DNA of 64,000 nucleotides from an uncultured Planctomycetaceae bacterium. Its GTDB lineage: Bacteria > Planctomycetota > Planctomycetia > Planctomycetales > Planctomycetaceae. A program made the translations under genes and the position numbers. This document shows, piece by piece, positions 1 to 10,976 of the stretch. The DNA lies in NCBI GenBank assembly GCA_963813715.1, contig CAWFAK010000017.1, positions 64,001 through 128,000 on the forward strand. Direction: 5' to 3'. Below the pieces are notes generated by a model, which was given only the letters and a program-made list of their open reading frames with translations, had not been told where the DNA came from and did no database searches. Position 1 is the stretch's first letter. Each line of letters starts with the position of its first letter.

Positions 1-30
1 AGGCCGGAAACCATCGAGCGAGCCCGCGAG

Positions 31-921
31 TTGCGTGAGCGCCGCGGACGATTCGTCTCAATCTCGTCGCGTGTTGCGGTGCTGTGCCTCGTCGCCGCCA
101 CGGTCGCTAGCCGCCCTGCCTTGGCCCGCGAGCCGATTCCCGATCGCCTGGTTGTGCTCACCTTTGACGATTCGGTGAAATCGCACTTCACGATCGTGCG
201 GCCCATTCTGCTCAATCACCACTTCCGCGCGACGTTCTTCATCACCGAGGGCTTCAATTTCAAGACCGACAAGCAGAACTACATGACCTGGGAGGAGATC
301 GCCCATCTGCACCGGGACGGCTTCGAGATCGGGAACCACACGCGCGATCACATGGCCGTCATCCAGAAGAACCTGGGCCGATTGAAGGAACAGATCGAGG
401 CGATCAACGACCGCTGTGCGGAGTTCGGTCTGCCGCGAACGACCGTGTTTGCCTTCCCGGGCAACGGCATCGATTCGGGCGCATTGCCGATACTGAAATC
501 TCTCGGTTTCAAGTTCGCCCGGCGGGGCGGAGCGCCGGAGTTTCCGTACAAGGAAGGCCGCGGCTTTGCCTACGAGCCTGGTCGCGATCATCCGCTTTTG
601 ATTCCGTCGGCTGGCGACGCGCGGCCCGATTGGACGCTCTCCGACTTCAAGCGAGCCGTCGACCAGGCACGCGCCGGCCGCATTGCCGTGCTCCAGTTTC
701 ACGGCGTGCCCGACCTGGCTCATCCCTGGGTGCATTCGCCGGTCGAGCGGTTTCGGGAATACATGCAGTATCTGGCCGACCATCATTTCCAGGTGATCGC
801 CCTGGGGGATCTCGAACGCTACGTGGACACGAGCGAAGTGCCGTCCAATCCCTGGGCGGTGATCGAGTCGCGGGAGCGGTCGCTGCACGCGCCCCCAGCC
901 GCTCCGCGCATCGGGAAATAG
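31..921 (+). CDS. Polysaccharide deacetylase family protein (NodB/CE4), secreted
   Basis: LTFDD motif, GNHTRDH metal-binding motif, LQFHG; signal-peptide-like N-terminus; start codon uncertain. Confidence 0.85.
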   Translation: MRERRGRFVSISSRVAVLCLVAATVASRPALAREPIPDRLVVLTFDDSVKSHFTIVRPILLNHHFRATFFITEGFNFKTDKQNYMTWEEIAHLHRDGFEIGNHTRDHMAVIQKNLGRLKEQIEAINDRCAEFGLPRTTVFAFPGNGIDSGALPILKSLGFKFARRGGAPEFPYKEGRGFAYEPGRDHPLLIPSAGDARPDWTLSDFKRAVDQARAGRIAVLQFHGVPDLAHPWVHSPVERFREYMQYLADHHFQVIALGDLERYVDTSEVPSNPWAVIESRERSLHAPPAAPRIGK

Positions 922-1085
922 CCGGACAGGCCGCAGCCCGCTTCATTTCAATCGCTGTCGCTTTAGTCGGCGTCGCTCTCTGGGTTATGCTGAGGCTGCG
1001 ATCCTGTGACGCACGCGGCGGGATCGACAGTCCCGCCCGACTTCGCGATGCACGCCCGATCTTCCTCGCGCAGGAGAAGCCACCG

Positions 1086-1967
1086 ATGTTCGTCCGAGAG
1101 ACGCTTGCCCAGAATCCGCCCCTGTCCCGCCGCCAGGTATTGCAGCTTGCCGCGACCGGCGCCGCCGCCACGTTGGTTCCGGGGCTCGCGCGTGCCAGCG
1201 ACGACAAGGATCCCTACGCCGGCCTCAAGATGGGGATGCAGAGTTTCTCGTTGCGGGCGTTTGATACAAAGACGGCCCTGCGTCACACCAAAGAATTGGG
1301 ACTGAAGTATTGGGAAGCGACGCCCAATCACATTCCCCTCACGACGCTGCCCAAACAAATTGAAGCATCCAAGGCCCTGCTGCAGGACGCGGGCATCACC
1401 TTGATGGGTTTCGGCGTCATCGGATTCGACGGCAACGAAACGAAGGCCCGCCAGACGTTCGACTTTGCCAAGGCGATGGGGCTGTATTCGATCAGCGCGA
1501 ACCCCAACAAGAACAAGGCGACCTTCGATTTGTTGGACAAGCTCGTGGCCGAGTACGACATTCCGATCGCCATCCACAACCACGGTCCGCACGCGCTCTA
1601 CAGCAAGATCAGCGACGTGGCCGACATCGTGAAAGACCGGCACCCCAAGATCGGCGCCTGCGTCGACACGGGGCACTACCTTCGCAGCGACGAAAACCCC
1701 GTCGAGGCGCTGGAGCGGCTTTCGAACCGCGTCTTCGGCGTGCATCTGAAGGACGTGCGGACGGTCACCGACAACGGCAAGCGCAAAAAGATTTTCACGA
1801 TCGTCGGCCAGGGAGACCTGGACGTCCTAGGCTGCCTGAAGGTGCTGAAGAAGCTCAACTACCAGGGCTGCCTTGCGCTGGAATACGAGGAGAACGAGCA
1901 GAACCCGCTTTCGGACATCGCCGTCAGCCTGACCGCGGTCCGCGACGCGGCCGCGAAACTAAGCTAG
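1086..1967 (+). CDS. Sugar phosphate isomerase/epimerase (xylose isomerase-like TIM barrel), Tat-exported
   Basis: SRRQVL twin-arginine signal; IHNHG, CVDTGH, VHLKD and LEYE motifs; ATG at 1086 chosen over the longer ORF start. Confidence 0.85.
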   Translation: MFVRETLAQNPPLSRRQVLQLAATGAAATLVPGLARASDDKDPYAGLKMGMQSFSLRAFDTKTALRHTKELGLKYWEATPNHIPLTTLPKQIEASKALLQDAGITLMGFGVIGFDGNETKARQTFDFAKAMGLYSISANPNKNKATFDLLDKLVAEYDIPIAIHNHGPHALYSKISDVADIVKDRHPKIGACVDTGHYLRSDENPVEALERLSNRVFGVHLKDVRTVTDNGKRKKIFTIVGQGDLDVLGCLKVLKKLNYQGCLALEYEENEQNPLSDIAVSLTAVRDAAAKLS

Positions 1968-1974
1968 CGTGTGA

Positions 1975-2095
1975 AGCACCAATGACGAAGCACGAATGAC
2001 GAAGGAAGCACGAAGCACTGAGCCCAAATGAGCGGTTTTCGTTCGGGCTTAGGTCATTCAGGCATTCTTTCGTCATTCGTGCTTCGAGTTTTGCG
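1975..2095. repeat. Palindromic intergenic element built from CGAATGA/CGAAGCA heptamers
   Basis: CGAAGCACGAATGACGAA at 1986-2003 is the exact reverse complement of 2069-2086; lies between convergent genes. Confidence 0.8.
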
Positions 2096-2101
2096 CTGCC
2101 G

Positions 2102-3649
2102 CTAGTGTTTTTCCGCCGGCACACTTTCGGTGTTGAACGCTGCCGCCGGCAGGCCTTCGACGTTTTGCAGGTTGGGGTCAGCCACCTGGTCCCAGGCGAA
2201 GCGGACGGCAACCGGTTTCTGCACCTTGGACGACGAGACGACCACCGAGTCGCCGTCGATCGCGGCCTCGGCGTCGACGAACTTTTTGTCATCGCCGGCG
2301 ACTTGGAACCAGTTGAGCGGCTTGTTGTCGCGGGCGACCAGTCCGCCGCCCACGTGCTCAAACTTCACGCGGATCTTGCTGCCGTCGATGCTCATCGACT
2401 TGTAGAGCGGGCCCGAGTAGACGATCTGTTTGCCGTACGTTTTCGCCAGCGCCCAGAGTGCGAGCCGCTTACCGACGTCCTGCTTGTCCTTGGGATGGAT
2501 ATCCGTTGGGTTGCCGACGTCGATGGTCACGGCCATGCCGGTATCAGGGATCGAGAGGGCGGCCGTTTGCGCTTCCCACAGCTTCGGCAAGAGAGTCGGG
2601 TTGGCGGTGCCGTAGCGGTAGGGAGCCAATTGCACGAACAAGAACGGGAAATCGCCTTCGTTCCAGACCGACCGCCAGCCGTCGATCAGGGCCTTCATCT
2701 TTTGCAAATACAGCATGCCGTCGCCCAGGTTCGATTCGCCCTGGTACCAGAGGGCGCCGCGGATCGCGAACGGGACCAGCGGGTGAATCATGCCGTTGTA
2801 AAGTCCGGTCGGCGTGTAGTTGGTCGACAGCGGACTGACGGGCCACTCGGGCGGCGACGGAATGTATTCGTGGTTCTCTTTGGCCTTCTCAGCGCGGCTC
2901 AGCCATTCGGCGTAGCGAGGAAGCGCGGCTGCCGTCGCTTTGGCAAATTCGGCCCGGGCTTTTTCGATGTCGCCCAGAATCCCCTTGAGCTCCGGCACGT
3001 CGCGAAAGCCGACGATCGGCGTCCAGGGCTCGATCCGCGTGCCGCCCCAGGATGAGTTGATGAGGCCGATCGGCACACCCAACTGCTCGTGCAGGTCACG
3101 CCCGAAGAAATAGCCGACGGCCGTGAAGTTGGGGACCGTTTTAGACGAGCAGGCCGTCCACGCTGCGGTCACGTCCTCCGCCGGGTCGCCGGCCGGCCGC
3201 ATCGGGACCGTGAACAGGCGAATTTCGGGATGGTTCGCCTCTTTGATCTCCTTCCGCGCATTGTTCGACGAGGCAACGGTCATCTGCATGTTCGACTGGC
3301 CGGAGCAGACCCAGACCTCGCCCACGAGCACGTCGTGCAGCACGATCGTGTTCTTGCCTGCGACCTTCACTTCGATGGCCGATTTCGCCGAGACCGCCGG
3401 CAGCTCGACTTTCCACGCGCCGTGCTCGTCGGCCGTGGCGTCCGCGTGCTCGTTGCCGATCGTCACGGTGACCTTTTCGCCCGTGTCCGCCCAGCCCCAG
3501 ACGCGCACCGGCTTTTCTCTTTGCAAAACCATGTGGTCGCCAAAGATGTGCGGGAGCCGCACGTCGGCACGGCTCGAACCGGTCAGGCCGGCCAGCAGCG
3601 TCAGGCAGCTCAGAGCAACGATTCGCGCGATTCGTTGTGGGCGAGGCAT
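2102..3649 (-). CDS. Sialate O-acetylesterase family protein (SGNH)
   Basis: FGDHMVLQR, VWVCSGQSNM, WYQGESN, DIHP motifs; signal peptide. Confidence 0.92.
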   Translation of the reverse strand: MPRPQRIARIVALSCLTLLAGLTGSSRADVRLPHIFGDHMVLQREKPVRVWGWADTGEKVTVTIGNEHADATADEHGAWKVELPAVSAKSAIEVKVAGKNTIVLHDVLVGEVWVCSGQSNMQMTVASSNNARKEIKEANHPEIRLFTVPMRPAGDPAEDVTAAWTACSSKTVPNFTAVGYFFGRDLHEQLGVPIGLINSSWGGTRIEPWTPIVGFRDVPELKGILGDIEKARAEFAKATAAALPRYAEWLSRAEKAKENHEYIPSPPEWPVSPLSTNYTPTGLYNGMIHPLVPFAIRGALWYQGESNLGDGMLYLQKMKALIDGWRSVWNEGDFPFLFVQLAPYRYGTANPTLLPKLWEAQTAALSIPDTGMAVTIDVGNPTDIHPKDKQDVGKRLALWALAKTYGKQIVYSGPLYKSMSIDGSKIRVKFEHVGGGLVARDNKPLNWFQVAGDDKKFVDAEAAIDGDSVVVSSSKVQKPVAVRFAWDQVADPNLQNVEGLPAAAFNTESVPAEKH

Positions 3650-3818
3650 GTGGTGTCCTCAAAGGTGGGAGGGCGGGCGGGCTTCCAAAGCTCTTACAAA
3701 TATGCCGTTTTTCATCCGAACGCGAAATGCACGCGGCACCGCGATCTGACAAACGCCCGAACTTTTTTTGGCGGTCGGCGCAGGTCGAGTGTTCACGTGT
3801 GAATTTGCGGAGGCGCGG

Positions 3819-4943
3819 CTATTGCAACATGCCGCGGGCGGCGATCGGCCAGACCGCTTCCAAGCGATCGCCGCGGAAGACGCAAAACTCGTCGTGCAGG
3901 ACGGTGGTGAAGTCGGCATAGCCGACGATGAGTTCGATCTTGTCGCCAATCTTGAGGTCGTGCGAACCGGGGCCGACGTCGATCCACCCGTGCTCGGCGC
4001 TCAGCTGCACCACGTTCGCGTTCGTAAAACCCTTCACGAGCGGCATGCACATGTCGCCATTCACCGCTTTCCTGCCGGCATCGACGATCGCCCGCTCGAG
4101 CTTCGTGCGGCTGACGACGGTCGTCAGCACGGTGAGCGCCGGCTCCAGCCCGGTCACGCCGTACTGACCCGTGTATTTCGGGTCTCCGAAGATACCGCCG
4201 CCGCACTGCAACTCGGTGACGGCCGGATGATCGGCGGTGAACTGGTACGAGCCGGTTCCGGCGGCGCTGACGACGTCGCAGCGGATGCCCTTCTTGGTCA
4301 AACCGTCGCGGCAGTATTCCAAGACGCCCATCGCCTCGTTGATCTTCGCCCGTTTTTCCGTGGGATCGGCGACCTGGTGCAAATGTCCCTCGTAACCCAT
4401 CAGCCCCACCATCTCGACGCCCGGCAGCCGATCGATGGCCTCGGCCAGATCGTACGTGTCGCGTCCCGGACGAATGCCGACTCGATCCATGCCCACGTTG
4501 ACTTCGATGACCACGCGGCAGCTCACGCCGTGGCGGCGGCAGGTCTCGGCCAGCGGTTCGATCTGGACGTAATGGTCGCAGGCGACGATCGGATCGGCTG
4601 CGCGGCACAGCGAAACGATCCGCTCGAGCTTGGGCTGCCCGACGATCATGTTGGCAATCATCACATCGCGGATGCCGGCGGCCGCCATCACTTCCGCTTC
4701 CGAAACCTTGCCGCAAGTGACGCCGATGGCCCCGGCCGCCAGTTGTTGGAGGGCGATCGTGGGCGACTTGTGGCACTTCATGTGCGGCCGCCACTGCTTG
4801 CCACGCGCAGCGATGAAGCCGGCCATCGAGGCCATGTTCCGCTCCATCGCCGACAAGTCGAGGCACAAGAGGGGCGTATCGAGATCCAGTTTCTGCGAGC
4901 CAATCAGCGGTTGCATGCGTGCAGTCTCAAAACATGTCATCAA
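3819..4943 (-). CDS. PLP-dependent D-threonine aldolase/D-serine dehydratase (DSD1)-like enzyme
   Basis: DTP-L-LDL, RPHMKCHK PLP lysine, GYEGH, VDAGRK, LSAEHG. Confidence 0.88.
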   Translation of the reverse strand: MMTCFETARMQPLIGSQKLDLDTPLLCLDLSAMERNMASMAGFIAARGKQWRPHMKCHKSPTIALQQLAAGAIGVTCGKVSEAEVMAAAGIRDVMIANMIVGQPKLERIVSLCRAADPIVACDHYVQIEPLAETCRRHGVSCRVVIEVNVGMDRVGIRPGRDTYDLAEAIDRLPGVEMVGLMGYEGHLHQVADPTEKRAKINEAMGVLEYCRDGLTKKGIRCDVVSAAGTGSYQFTADHPAVTELQCGGGIFGDPKYTGQYGVTGLEPALTVLTTVVSRTKLERAIVDAGRKAVNGDMCMPLVKGFTNANVVQLSAEHGWIDVGPGSHDLKIGDKIELIVGYADFTTVLHDEFCVFRGDRLEAVWPIAARGMLQ

Positions 4944-5057
4944 GATCGCGATGCGTCACTGTACTTGTGTGCGATTTCCTCTGGCAATCGTCCTTGACAG
5001 CTGTTGTAATCCTGCCACGATGACGGAGAACGAATTCCCGCGACACGAGGAGGAGTC

Positions 5058-5618
5058 ATGAATTTCGCCGCGGTCTTTGACCAGGGATTGAGGTACGAGG
5101 CGTTTTTGTCCAAGTATGGCAGCGACGAGCAGCGCCGCCGTTGGGAAACGGTCTATTCGCACGTGCTTCTGTCGACCGATCAGAATCGGCTGCTTGCCAG
5201 CTTCGTCCGCGAGATGAAGGTGCTGGTGGTCGCGGGGACGTGGTGCGGCGACTGCGTCAATCAGTGTCCGATCTTCCAGCACTTTTCCGCGCAAAACGAC
5301 AAAATTCGCATCCACTTCTTCGATCGCGACGAGAATAAGGAATTGGCACAGGAACTGTCGATCTGCGGCGGCCCGCGCGTCCCTTCGCTTCTGTTCTTGA
5401 GCGAGGATGGATTTCCCTGCGGCCGCGCCGGCGACCGGACGATTTCGACCTATCGCGATATCGCTGCCAAGCAGCTCGGTCCTTCCTGTCCCACGGGCAT
5501 CGCTGCGCCGGACAAAACGCTGCTGCAGAACGTCGTCCAGGATTGGCTCAACGAATTCGAGCGGATCCAGTTGATGCTGCGAACCTCGGCCCGGTTGCGG
5601 CAACTGCACAACGACTGA
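5058..5618 (+). CDS. Thioredoxin family protein
   Basis: WCGDC motif, RVP cis-Pro loop; strong RBS GAGGAGGAG. Confidence 0.85.
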   Translation: MNFAAVFDQGLRYEAFLSKYGSDEQRRRWETVYSHVLLSTDQNRLLASFVREMKVLVVAGTWCGDCVNQCPIFQHFSAQNDKIRIHFFDRDENKELAQELSICGGPRVPSLLFLSEDGFPCGRAGDRTISTYRDIAAKQLGPSCPTGIAAPDKTLLQNVVQDWLNEFERIQLMLRTSARLRQLHND

Positions 5619-5643
5619 GTGCTTAGAGCGGAGCGAACTACGC

Positions 5644-7027
5644 ATGTCCGGCGGCGACGGTAGCGACGCAAAGGAGAGTCAGTCAGCCGACGTGCTGATC
5701 GTCGGCGCCGGTGTGGCCGGGCTGATCGCGGCCCGCGAGCTGGTGAAGCGCAACCGCAGCGTGTCTCGTGCTGGAAGCCCGCGACCGCGTCGGCGGTCGC
5801 ACGTTCACCCAGAAGCTCGGCAAGGACTGGGTCGACTTGGGCGGCCAATGGATCGGACCGACGCAGGATCGCCTCGCCGCCCTGGCCCGCGAGCTCGATG
5901 TGCCCATCTTTCCGCAGCACCACGAGGGAAAAAAGCTCCTCTCGTGGGGGGGCAAGATCAGCAGCTTCAAGGGGAGCTTGCCCTGGCTGTCGTTGGCGAC
6001 GCAGCTCGAGCTGGGGCTGCTCGATCTGCGGGTGAAGCGTTATGGCAAAACCTTCCCGGCCGACGCTCCCTGGAATGCTCGCCGCGCGGTCGAGTGGGAT
6101 GGCGAAACGGTCGAATCGTGGAAGCGGCGTCATCTGCGGGCCGGCGGCTCGCGGCTGTTTCTCGACATCGTTGTGCGGGCCGTCTTCACGTCGGAGCCGC
6201 GCGATTTGTCGTTTTTGTATTTCTTGAGCTACATCAAGTCGGGACACGGCCTCGAAATGTTGACTTCGATTCCGGGCGGGGCCCAGGAGTCGCGGTTTGT
6301 CGGCGGCGCGCAAAAACTGTCGATCCGCATGGCCGAGGCGCTCGGCAATCGCGTCGTGCTCGAATGTCCTGTCTGGTCGCTTGAGCAAACAGCCGATGGC
6401 GTGACCCTGGAGACGCCGCGTGGCACGTTTCGCGGACGGTATGCGATCCTCGCGATTCCCCCCCTGCTCGCCGGCCGCATTCGTTACGCGTCGGCCCTGC
6501 CTCCGCGTCGCGAACAGTTGATGGCGCGGATGCCGATGGGCTCGTGCATCAAATATGTGGCGACTTACGAGCGCGCTTTCTGGCGGGAGGCCGGCTTTTC
6601 GGGCGAAGCATTCAGCGACACCGGGCCGACCACCACGACCTTCGACGATTCTTCACACGACGGTTCGCAGCCGGCCCTGGTCACGTTCAGCGATGGTGGC
6701 GCGGCTCGCATCTGGGGCGATCGTCCGCCCGAAGAACGCCGTCAGGCCGTGCTCTCGGAATTCGCCCGTTTTTTCGGGCCCCAAGCCGCCCATCCCACCG
6801 GCTTTCTCGAAAAAAACTGGAGCGACGATCCCTGGAGCGGCGGCTGCTACGCGGGCGTGATGGGACCGGGTGTGATGACGGACTTCGGAGTGGCCCTGCG
6901 ACAGCCCTGCGGCCGCATTCATTGGGCTGGGACAGAAACGGCCGTCGAATGGACCGGGTACATCGACGGGGCAATCGAGTCGGGGCAGCGAGCGGCCGGC
7001 GAAGTAGCCGCGCGGTTAAGCGAGTGA
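5644..7027 (+). CDS. Flavin monoamine oxidase family protein (frameshift near 5765)
   Basis: IVGAGVAGL in one frame continues as LEARDRVGGRT, DLGGQW and HWAGTET..GYIDGAIESG in the next. Confidence 0.9.
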
Positions 7028-7284
7028 CGGCAGCCGCGGGCGCGGGCGTCCATTAGAATCGCGAAAGCCGTAACTGCCAATTTCGCGAACGATCTCGCGT
7101 CGCGGCGGTTTGATCGCGAACCTCGTCTTGGGAGTCGGTGTCGCCTTCGGAGCCGGACGTCGACGGGGTTGGGGGCGGTGTACTTGCGTTGCGGCAGCGC
7201 ACTCGTCGAACGAGACAAACCGCGTCGGCAGCCGGCGCAAAAGGGCGATTTCACGAATCGCTCGGATCGGGAAGTCGGATCATC

Positions 7285-8811
7285 ATGGCCGGGATTACGA
7301 CCTCTGCGGAAGGGACTGCCGACAGGGAAAGCCACCCGGCTCTCCCGCTGTCGCCCACCGTTCGCGAATCGGACGGTGACACTCCGGCAGCCGATGCGGG
7401 TGCCGCCCCGTCTCCCGCCCCGTCTCCCGCCACTGCCGCGCCGGGCAGTCTCCGCGAGTTAATGACGGTCGCCGTGCCGCTGATCCTCAGCAGCGGCTCG
7501 GTCACGCTGATGATCACGATCGACCGCTTGTTCCTCACCTGGTACTCGGAGGAGGCACTCGCTGCGAGTCTGCCCGCCGCGGCCATGCACTGGACGGTCA
7601 TGAGCGCGTTCATCGGCATGATCAATTATGGCAACGCATTCGTCGCCCAGTACGAAGGGGCCGGCCGCAAGGATCGCGTGGCCGCGTCGGTCTGGCAGGG
7701 AATTTTTCTGGCCATCGGCGCGGGACTCGTGTTTCTCTTGGTGGTTCCGCTCGCGCCGTTCCTCTTCGCGCAAGCCGGACACGACCCGGTCGTGCAGAAG
7801 TACGAGACGCAGTTTCTGCAAACGCTTTCGTTCGGCGCCGTGCCGATGCTGTTGACCATGGCGTTCGGCTGTTTCTATTCGGGCCGCGGCAAAACGCGGG
7901 TCGTGATGTACGTCGACTTTCTGTTGGCCGCGACGAACATCGCGCTCGATCCATGCCTGATCTTCGGCTTGGGACCGTTTCCGCGATTGGGGATCGTGGG
8001 GGCCGGGCTGGCGACGGTGATGGCTTACACCGTCGCCGTGATCGCGTACATCGTGCTCTCCTTCCGCCACCGCGATTCGATCGAATACGAGTTTTGGAAA
8101 CACGTCGGCCTCGACCGGGAGCTGCTGGGACGTCTGTTGCGCTATGGGATTCCGACCGGTCTGCAGATGGCGGCCGAGCTTTCGGCCTTCACCGTGTTTT
8201 TGGTGCTGATCGGTCGGTTGGGTGAAGGATCGCTCGCCGCCACCAACCTGGCATTCAACGTCAACATGATGTCGTTCGTGCCGATGATCGGGCTGGCCAC
8301 CGCGGTCATGACGCTCGTTGGCAAGCGCGTGGGCGAGGGACGACCCAAGTTGGCCGAGCGCACGGTGTGGCTGGCCGCCGGCGTCTCGGGAGCTTACATG
8401 CTCTTCTTCGGGGCCCTGTTCGTGCTCTTCCCCAAGATCATTCTGCGGCCCTTCACGGGAGGGAACGCGTCGGCCGAGCTGGTCGGCATCGAGCACACGG
8501 TCATCGTCTTGTTGCGGTTCATCGCGCTCTACACCTTCTTCGACGGCATGCAGCTGGTCTTCGCGTTTGCCATTCGCGGCGCGGGCGACACCCGGTTTCC
8601 GTTCTATTACACGCTGGTGTCGGCGTGGTCGATACTGGTGTTGCCGACCTGGCTGATCGTCCGCACTGGGCACGGCGGTCTCTTCGCCTGTTGGACCGCA
8701 TGCTCGATTTACATTTGCCTGTTGGGAACGGTCTGCTGCCTGCGATTCGTCAACGGCAAATGGAAGACAATGAACGTGATCGGCGCGACGGGTCCGCCCA
8801 TGCATGCTTAG
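7285..8811 (+). CDS. MATE family efflux transporter
   Basis: About 12 hydrophobic segments; FVAQYEGAG, LGIVGAGLAT, IRGAGDT. Confidence 0.9.
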   Translation: MAGITTSAEGTADRESHPALPLSPTVRESDGDTPAADAGAAPSPAPSPATAAPGSLRELMTVAVPLILSSGSVTLMITIDRLFLTWYSEEALAASLPAAAMHWTVMSAFIGMINYGNAFVAQYEGAGRKDRVAASVWQGIFLAIGAGLVFLLVVPLAPFLFAQAGHDPVVQKYETQFLQTLSFGAVPMLLTMAFGCFYSGRGKTRVVMYVDFLLAATNIALDPCLIFGLGPFPRLGIVGAGLATVMAYTVAVIAYIVLSFRHRDSIEYEFWKHVGLDRELLGRLLRYGIPTGLQMAAELSAFTVFLVLIGRLGEGSLAATNLAFNVNMMSFVPMIGLATAVMTLVGKRVGEGRPKLAERTVWLAAGVSGAYMLFFGALFVLFPKIILRPFTGGNASAELVGIEHTVIVLLRFIALYTFFDGMQLVFAFAIRGAGDTRFPFYYTLVSAWSILVLPTWLIVRTGHGGLFACWTACSIYICLLGTVCCLRFVNGKWKTMNVIGATGPPMHA

Positions 8812-9004
8812 GGCAGGCTCGCGACGGCTTTTCGATGCACCAGATCGTGGACTTGGGGGGCCACCCTCCGCCACTCCGAGCGATTGGTCGGTGGAATCGG
8901 GGCCAATCCTCAAGATCGAGCCGCGGCTCGCTGGCGGGCTTTTTGGAGCGAAATTTATTATTCCCCACGCCTGTGATAGAGTCGATGCGTCCGGGAGCCA
9001 ATTG

Positions 9005-9802
9005 ATGAATCGCTTCGAGCCGACCCACGACCAGATCGCCGCCTTCGACGACGACGGCTTCTTCATCGCCGAGAACCTACTCGACCGCGAAGAGGTCGAC
9101 TTGCTGCGCGACATCGCGCGGGCCGACACGCAACTGGCCGCAGGCGCCGCCTTGCGGGCCGACGGCGAAGGAGGCGCGGTCAAGGTCAGCGTCGAGAACG
9201 AGCTGGGCGAGAGCGACATCTACAGCGCCATCGTCCGCAGCCGGCGGATCATCGAAACGATGGAACTGCTGCTGTGCGACGAGGTCTACCACTACCATCA
9301 CAAAATGGTGTTCAAAGAGCCGAAGGTCGGCGGTGCCTGGGCCTGGCATCAGGACTACGGCTATTGGTACGACAACGGCTGCCTGTTTCCCTACCTGGCA
9401 AGCTGCCTGATCGCCGTCGACCGCGCGACGAAAGACAACGGCTGCCTGCAGGTGCTCAAGGGGTCGCATCACCTGGGTCGTATCAACCACGCGAAGGTCG
9501 GCGACCAGACGGGAGCCGATCCGGAGCGCGTCGCCGTCGCGGTGGAGCGGCTCGAGACGGTTTATTGCGAACTCGAGCCGGGCTCGGCTGTCTTCTTTCA
9601 TTGCAACGTGCTGCACCGTTCCGACCAGAACAAGAGCGACGATCCGCGGTGGGCCTTTATCTGCTGCTACAACGCCCGCGAAAACGATCCCTACAAGGAG
9701 TCGCGGCACCCCCGCTATTCCCCGCTGCACAAGTGGCCGGATTCGATGATCCTCGAGATCGGACGGCGGCAATGGGCCCGCATGCAGCAGCCGGTCGCGT
9801 GA
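9005..9802 (+). CDS. Phytanoyl-CoA dioxygenase (PhyH)/ectoine hydroxylase-like 2OG-Fe(II) oxygenase
   Basis: WHQD HxD motif, NGCLQVLKGSH, distal LHRS. Confidence 0.88.
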   Translation: MNRFEPTHDQIAAFDDDGFFIAENLLDREEVDLLRDIARADTQLAAGAALRADGEGGAVKVSVENELGESDIYSAIVRSRRIIETMELLLCDEVYHYHHKMVFKEPKVGGAWAWHQDYGYWYDNGCLFPYLASCLIAVDRATKDNGCLQVLKGSHHLGRINHAKVGDQTGADPERVAVAVERLETVYCELEPGSAVFFHCNVLHRSDQNKSDDPRWAFICCYNARENDPYKESRHPRYSPLHKWPDSMILEIGRRQWARMQQPVA

Positions 9803-10959
9803 GCGCCGTGCCCGCGCCGCCCGCCACTCTCTCTCCAACCGCGCTGACCGACGCCGTGAAAGCCGAGGCGCTGCGGATCGGTTTCGACCTCGTCGGCATC
9901 GCGCCGGCCACGGCGCCCGGCGGACTCGACAGCTTTCACGACTGGTTGCGGCAGGGCTACGACGGCGAGATGGCCTGGCTTTCGCGTCGAGAGACCGCCT
10001 ACGAGCACCCGCGGCACGTGCTGGACGGCGTCCGCAGCGTGATCATGCTGGCGCTCAACTATCGCACCGAGGATCCGGCCCCGCCCTGCCCCGGCGCGGG
10101 ACGCGTTTCCCGCTATGCCTGGAGCGACGCCGATTATCACGCGGTCGCCCGCGAACGCTTGCGGCGGCTGGCCGATTTTCTGCATGCCCAACAACCGGGA
10201 TGCCGCACGCGGGCGGTAATCGATTCGGCGCCAATGCTCGAGCGGGACTTCGCGCGGGCGGCGGGGCTCGGCTGGTTCGGCAAGAACACGATGTTGATCA
10301 ACAAGCGGCAAGGCAGTTGGATCTTCCTGGCTGGCTTGCTGACCGACGTGGTGCTCGAACCCGATCAGCCGCACGAGACGGCGCATTGCGGCACCTGCAC
10401 CCGCTGCCTCGACGCCTGCCCGACCGATGCTTTTCCGCAGCCGTACGTTCTCGATGCCCGCAAGTGCATCGCCTACCTCACGATTGAGCTTAAAGGTTCG
10501 ATTCCCGAATCCCTGCGCAGCGGCTTGGGGGATTGGCTCTTCGGCTGCGACATCTGCCAGGATGTCTGTCCCTGGAATCACAAATCGCCACGCAAAAACG
10601 ATCCGGCCTTTCACCCACGTGGCGATCTCAATCCGGCCGATCTCGAACGACTCCTCGATCTGGATGAAGCCGGCTTTCGTGAGCAGTTCGGCGCCAGCGC
10701 GCTGGCTCGCCCCGGTCGGAGCGGCCTGCTTCGCAATGCGGCCCTCGTGCTGGGCAATCAGCGGAGTCTGGCGGCCGTGCCGGCGCTCCAGCGAGCGCTC
10801 GGCGACGCAGAGGCGGTGGTCCGCGGAGCGGCCGCCTGGGCCCTGGGCGAGATCGGCGGTGACGTCGCGATCGCGGCGTTGAAAAGCCGACTTTGCGTTG
10901 AAGATAATGCGACCGTTCGTTCGGAGCTCGATGCGGCCCTTCGCGCCGGCCAGGCGTGA
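9799..10959 (+). CDS. queG: tRNA epoxyqueuosine(34) reductase
   Basis: GRVSRYAW, AGLGWFGKN, CGTCTRCLDACPT, FGCDICQDVCPWN; C-terminal HEAT-like repeats. Confidence 0.95.
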   Translation: MSAVPAPPATLSPTALTDAVKAEALRIGFDLVGIAPATAPGGLDSFHDWLRQGYDGEMAWLSRRETAYEHPRHVLDGVRSVIMLALNYRTEDPAPPCPGAGRVSRYAWSDADYHAVARERLRRLADFLHAQQPGCRTRAVIDSAPMLERDFARAAGLGWFGKNTMLINKRQGSWIFLAGLLTDVVLEPDQPHETAHCGTCTRCLDACPTDAFPQPYVLDARKCIAYLTIELKGSIPESLRSGLGDWLFGCDICQDVCPWNHKSPRKNDPAFHPRGDLNPADLERLLDLDEAGFREQFGASALARPGRSGLLRNAALVLGNQRSLAAVPALQRALGDAEAVVRGAAAWALGEIGGDVAIAALKSRLCVEDNATVRSELDAALRAGQA

Positions 10960-10976
10960 CCTTCCCGGGAACTTTC

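Noticed and set aside
9005..9802. Assignment as ectD
   Set aside because: Lacks the exact EctD signature (WHSDFETWH), and no ectABC genes are nearby
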